Assembly (NCBI GenBank): GCA_026392465.1
Contig: JAPLCA010000008.1
Location: forward strand, 232,194-296,193
DNA: 64,000 nt
Direction: 5' to 3'
From: Propionibacteriales bacterium
GTDB taxonomy: Bacteria; Actinomycetota; Actinomycetes; Propionibacteriales; Nocardioidaceae
Shown here: one piece after another, positions 60,275 through 64,000 of the stretch
How the letters are laid out: the number at the start of each line of letters is the position of its first letter
How positions within the stretch are numbered: the stretch's first letter is position 1
Program-made: the position numbers and the translations under genes
The notes under the pieces: generated by a model
What the model was told of the DNA's origin: nothing
What the model saw: only the letters and a program-made list of their open reading frames with translations
Databases searched by the model: none

Positions 60275-60362
60275 TGGCGGAGGATAGGGGATTCGAACCC
60301 CTGAGAGCTTTCACTCAACCCGCTTTCCAAGCGAGCGCACTAGGCCACTATGCGAATCCTCC
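60275..60362 (-). tRNA. tRNA-Ser (anticodon GGA)
   Basis: The minus strand reads GGAGGAT-TC-GCAT…GTGC-G-CTCGC-TTGGAAA-GCGGG-(long variable arm TTGAGTGAAAGCTCTCA)-GGGGG-TTCGAAT-CCCCT-ATCCTCC-G-CCA. It is 88 nt long with an encoded CCA. Confidence 0.9.
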
Positions 60363-60563
60363 GCGGACGAGCGTACCGGTCGCATCCCGCGTGGAACGCA
60401 CCGGGGCAGCCCCCGTATGCTGGGCGCAGCCCCTCGCGTGGCGCTATCTCACCCAACTCCCCCAGGGCCGGAAGGCAGCAAGGGTCAGTGGGCTCTGGCG
60501 GGTACGCGAGGGGTCCTTCACGTCCTCGACCGTTGCTCGCCGTCGCGACGGCCCGTCCGCCCG

Positions 60564-60649
60564 ACCGATGTCTCTGCGTTCACGTCGCCATGGCAGCACG
60601 AACGCAGAGAGACTCGTCCCAAGGACAGCGTGGACGCAGAGAGATCCGT
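60564..60649. repeat. Family-B composite palindromic repeat, copy 3 (units + - -)
   Basis: Units accgatgtctctgcgtt (60564-60580), aacgcagagagactcgt (60601-60617) and gacgcagagagatccgt (60633-60649). It is collinear with copy 2 over about 90 nt. Confidence 0.8.
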
Positions 60650-60716
60650 CCCCCGCAGCACGCGCGACGACGCCCCCGACCGCAGGGCGGTCGGGGGCGT
60701 CGAGAGTGGGTGCAGA

Positions 60717-61832
60717 TCAGCCGATCGGGTCGACCACGCCGTGGTCGGTCACCGTCGACGCGAGCCGCGCCAGGTGCTCCGAGCCGTCGCCCAGCGTGTG
60801 GTCGATCGCGGTCAGCCGGCTCGTGTAGTGGCCCACCGAGTACTCGGCCGTCATGCCGATGCCGCCGTGCAGCTGGATCGCCTCCTGGCCGATGTGCCGG
60901 CCGGCGCGCGAGACCTGCAGCTTCGCACGCGACGCGGCCTCGACAGCCCGCTCGGGCTCGTCCTGCAGCACCAGCGTGGCCCACGTGACCATGCTGCGGG
61001 CCAGCTCCGCCGACACGTACAGGTCGGCCGCGCGGAAGGTCAGCGCCTGGAACGCGTTGAGCGTGACGCCGAACTGCTTGCGCGTCTTCAGGTACTCGGT
61101 CGTGGTGCGCAGGGCGACGTCGATCGCGCCGACCGCCTCGTGGCCGAGCGCGATCTGGCCGCGCGCGACCGCCAGGGCCACCGCGTCGGACGCGTCGGCC
61201 GACGGGTCGCCGAGCGGCGTGGCCGCGGCGCCGTCGAACGCCACGCGCGCCGCACGTCCGCCGTCGTGGGTGCGGTAGCCGGTTCGCTCCACGCCGTCCA
61301 CGGCGGGATCGACGAGGAACACGCCGACGCCGGCGTCGGTGCGGGCCGTGACGACCAGCAGGTCGGCGCGGGCGCCGTGCAACACGGGCTCCTTGACCCC
61401 GGACAGCGTCCAGGCGTCACCGGACTGCGTCGCGACGACCGCGTCGGCGATGTCGTGGTGGGCGAAGGAGAGCACGAGCGCACCCTCCGCGACCCTGCCG
61501 ATCACGTCGGCGCGCTGCTCCGGCGAGCCGAGGTCGGCGACCAGGCCGGCGGCCAGGATCGTCTCGAGGTACGGCTCGGGTGCGAGCACCCGTCCGATCT
61601 CCTCGGCGACGATCGAGACCTCCACGGGTCCGGCGCCGAAGCCGCCGTCCTCCTCCGCGAACGGCAGGCCCAGCGCGCCGAGCTCGGCGAGCTGCTGCCA
61701 GGTCTTCTCCGAGAAGCCCGGGTCGGTCTTCGTGACCTCGCGGCGGGTCTCGGTCGAGTCGTACGTCTTGCTCAGCAGGCCGCGGACGGCGTCGCGCAGG
61801 GCGGTCTGCTCGGAGTCGAGGGTGAAGTCCAT
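60717..61832 (-). CDS. Acyl-CoA dehydrogenase family protein (beta-type partner of the upstream ACAD)
   Basis: 371 aa with the ACAD N, middle and C-terminal domain layout. It ends in IQLHGGIGMTAEY. It is separated by 7 nt from the preceding ACAD. Confidence 0.88.
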   Translation of the reverse strand: MDFTLDSEQTALRDAVRGLLSKTYDSTETRREVTKTDPGFSEKTWQQLAELGALGLPFAEEDGGFGAGPVEVSIVAEEIGRVLAPEPYLETILAAGLVADLGSPEQRADVIGRVAEGALVLSFAHHDIADAVVATQSGDAWTLSGVKEPVLHGARADLLVVTARTDAGVGVFLVDPAVDGVERTGYRTHDGGRAARVAFDGAAATPLGDPSADASDAVALAVARGQIALGHEAVGAIDVALRTTTEYLKTRKQFGVTLNAFQALTFRAADLYVSAELARSMVTWATLVLQDEPERAVEAASRAKLQVSRAGRHIGQEAIQLHGGIGMTAEYSVGHYTSRLTAIDHTLGDGSEHLARLASTVTDHGVVDPIG

Positions 61833-61839
61833 GGCTGCC

Positions 61840-62997
61840 TCACAGTCCCAGGATGGTCTTGGCGATGATCTGACGCTGCACCTCGTTGGAGCCGCCGTAG
61901 ATCGACGCCTTCCGGAAGTTGAGGTACTGCGGGGTGCTCACGCGTGCCCAGTCCGGCACGTCGGAGCCGTCCTGCGCTCCCGAGGCGAGCGAGAGCGGGC
62001 CGGCGAGGTCGACGTACAGCTCGGTCACGGCCTGCTGCAGCTCGGTGCCGCGCAGCTTGAGCACCGACGACGCCGGGTGGGGCTTGCCGTCGGCCGAGTG
62101 CGCGACGACGCGCAGCGCCGTGAGCTCGAGAGCGAGCAGCTCGTTCTCGAGATCGGCGATGCGGGCCGCGAGCAGGGGGTCGGACGCGATGCGCTCGCCC
62201 GCCGTCTCCTTGGCGGCCGCGAGCCAGCGCTTCGTCGACCCGACGGGGGCCACGCCCACGCGCTCGTTGCCCAGCAGGAACTTGGCGTAGTCCCACCCGC
62301 GGTTCTCCTCGCCGACGAGGTTCTCGGCCGGGACGCGCACGTCCTCGAAGAAGACCTCGTTGACCTCGTGGCCGCCGTCGATGAGCTCGATGGGACGGAC
62401 CGTGAGGCCGGGCGACGTCATGTCGATGAGCAGGAAGGAGATGCCCTGCTGCTTCTTCGGCGCGTCGGGGTCGGTGCGCACGAGCGTGAAGATCCAGTCG
62501 CCGTACTGGCCGAGGGTGGTCCACGTCTTCTGGCCGTTGACGACGTACTCGTCGCCCTCGCGGCGGGCGGTGGTGCGCAGCGACGCGAGGTCGGAGCCCG
62601 CATCGGGCTCGGAGAAGCCCTGCGACCACCAGATGTCGAGGTTCGCGGTCGCGGGCAGGAACCGCTCCTTGACCTCCTGCGAGCCGAACGCGGCGATGAC
62701 CGGGCCGACCATGGAGGCGTTGAACGCGAGCGGGGCGGGCACGCTCGCGAGCTGCATCTCCTCGTGCCAGATGTGGCGCTGCAGCGGTGTCCAGTCCTTG
62801 CCGCCCCACTCCACCGGCCAGTTCGGCACGGCGAGCCCGGCAGCGTTCAGGATCTGCTGCGTCTCGACGATCTGGTCCTTCGTCAGCTCACGTCGGGCCG
62901 CGACGGTGTCGCGGATGGACTGCGGGACCTGGGTGGTGAAGAACGTGCGCATCTCCTCGCGGAACGCGGCGTCCTCCTCGGACAGGCGAAGCTTCAT
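61840..62997 (-). CDS. Acyl-CoA dehydrogenase
   Basis: ATG 62997. Motifs WSQGFSEPDAGSDLASL, VVNGQKTWTT, and a C-terminal IYGGSNEVQRQIIAK. Confidence 0.9.
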   Translation of the reverse strand: MKLRLSEEDAAFREEMRTFFTTQVPQSIRDTVAARRELTKDQIVETQQILNAAGLAVPNWPVEWGGKDWTPLQRHIWHEEMQLASVPAPLAFNASMVGPVIAAFGSQEVKERFLPATANLDIWWSQGFSEPDAGSDLASLRTTARREGDEYVVNGQKTWTTLGQYGDWIFTLVRTDPDAPKKQQGISFLLIDMTSPGLTVRPIELIDGGHEVNEVFFEDVRVPAENLVGEENRGWDYAKFLLGNERVGVAPVGSTKRWLAAAKETAGERIASDPLLAARIADLENELLALELTALRVVAHSADGKPHPASSVLKLRGTELQQAVTELYVDLAGPLSLASGAQDGSDVPDWARVSTPQYLNFRKASIYGGSNEVQRQIIAKTILGL

Positions 62998-63098
62998 GGC
63001 AACTCTCCGGTCAGTAAGCGCTTGCTTAGTCAGCACGATACGCCCTGCCCCGTCAGCCTGCCAGGCACCCACGACGTCGGCCCGGTGAACGCGGCGGG

Positions 63099-64000
63099 TC
63101 AGCCGCGACGTCCGCGTCCGGCGCGCGCCCGGAGGGGGCCGACGAGGCGGGGACCGGCCAGTCGGCGCTCCAGCCTGCGGGCCTCGTGGCCGAGCGGCTG
63201 CGCCACGTACTGCCCCAGCAGCACGCCCGACGCGAGGGCGATCGCGATGCCCGCGGCGGTGATCATCGGCAGGAGCCCGCCGATGTCCTCGCCCGCGAGC
63301 AGGGACAGCGCGCGGTAGATCGACAGGCCGGGCAGCAGCGGCACGATGCAGGAGACCACGACCACCAGCGGCGGCACGCGGAAGTTGCGCGCCATGTAGT
63401 AGCCGAGGAAGCCGATCGTGAACGCCGCGATGCCGGCGGCACCCGGCCGTCCGATGTCGGACTGCGTCAGGAGGAGGAAGCCGCCCGACGTGAGCGCCGC
63501 GAGCAGGGCGATCGGCATCACGATGCGCTTCGGCGAGTAGGCCGAGACCGCGAACGCCCCCGCCGTGACACCCGCACCCGCCATGACGCCGGGCAGCCGA
63601 CCCAGGCCGGACGCGCCCGGGTCGATGCTGAGGTCCAGCCCGAGCCAGCCGCCGACGTGCAGACCCGTGGACACGCCGACGATGATGCCGACCGTCGCGA
63701 TCATCACCTCCATCAGTCGCGCGTTGGCCGTGATGGTGAACCCAGTCAGGGCGTCCTGGATCGCGCCGATGAAGCCGAGCCCGGCGAGGAGCATGACGAT
63801 GGCGGCCGTGACCACGACCGACGGGTCGACGGTGGCGGGCGACGCGGCGACCGCCACCGCGATCAGCGTGCCGGCGAGGGCGCCGGCGACCTGGGAGTAG
63901 AAGAAGGGCAGCCGCAGCCGCTCGATCCGGCGCTGCACGACCTCGATGGTGGAGCCCGCGACGGCGGCCACGGCCAGCACGATCCAGCTGCCGCCGAGCA
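63099..64000 (-). CDS. ThrE-family threonine/serine exporter-like membrane protein (5' end beyond the window)
   Basis: Polytopic. Motifs GFIGAIQDALTGF and PLLPGLSIYRAL are typical of ThrE/ThrE_2 domains. The frame stays open to the window edge. Confidence 0.7.
   Translation of the reverse strand, partial: LGGSWIVLAVAAVAGSTIEVVQRRIERLRLPFFYSQVAGALAGTLIAVAVAASPATVDPSVVVTAAIVMLLAGLGFIGAIQDALTGFTITANARLMEVMIATVGIIVGVSTGLHVGGWLGLDLSIDPGASGLGRLPGVMAGAGVTAGAFAVSAYSPKRIVMPIALLAALTSGGFLLLTQSDIGRPGAAGIAAFTIGFLGYYMARNFRVPPLVVVVSCIVPLLPGLSIYRALSLLAGEDIGGLLPMITAAGIAIALASGVLLGQYVAQPLGHEARRLERRLAGPRLVGPLRARAGRGRRG

Overview
This is a 64-kb stretch of a very high-GC actinobacterial (Actinomycetota) chromosome, GC judged by eye only. 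Most of it is densely packed core or lipid-metabolism DNA:
- The distal end of an mce lipid-uptake operon (MceC' to MceF plus two Mce-associated membrane proteins).
- An SPFH / NAD-kinase-like gene pair.
- Acyl-CoA synthetase, 3-hydroxyacyl-CoA dehydrogenase, FprA, NDH-2, ClpB (with an HspR-type HAIR operator), IcmF, a GntP permease and an acyl-CoA oxidase.
- DtxR-, MarR- and TetR-family regulators, RraA, Lsr2, two acyl-CoA dehydrogenases and a partial ThrE-family gene.
- A cobalamin-riboswitch-controlled ECF transporter operon.

Accessory or unusual content:
1. A visibly lower-GC, roughly 4.9-kb degraded island abuts tRNA-Ser(GGA). It carries an orphan secreted 4-Cys protein followed by an ABC ATPase and two membrane proteins (a candidate antimicrobial/immunity module), a DUF3892 pseudogene, a recombinase remnant and tRNA-derived mini-repeats.
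2. A four-gene cassette (membrane protein, SseB-like, T7SS-target-like, and a WXG-type protein ending in a glycine-zipper membrane module) sits inside an ApbE/FMN-binding/RnfD-FNR flavinylation locus.
3. A Vsr/DUF559-like ORF is bracketed by inverted copies of a ~90-nt composite palindromic repeat. A third copy lies elsewhere in the window.
4. A second, unrelated interspersed repeat family forms a ~430-bp cluster.
5. An IS30 element with a 3-bp target duplication is inserted between operator-like palindromes and an SDR gene.

No CRISPR array, rRNA or prophage structural genes were seen. All family assignments come from motif recognition by eye, and no searches were run.
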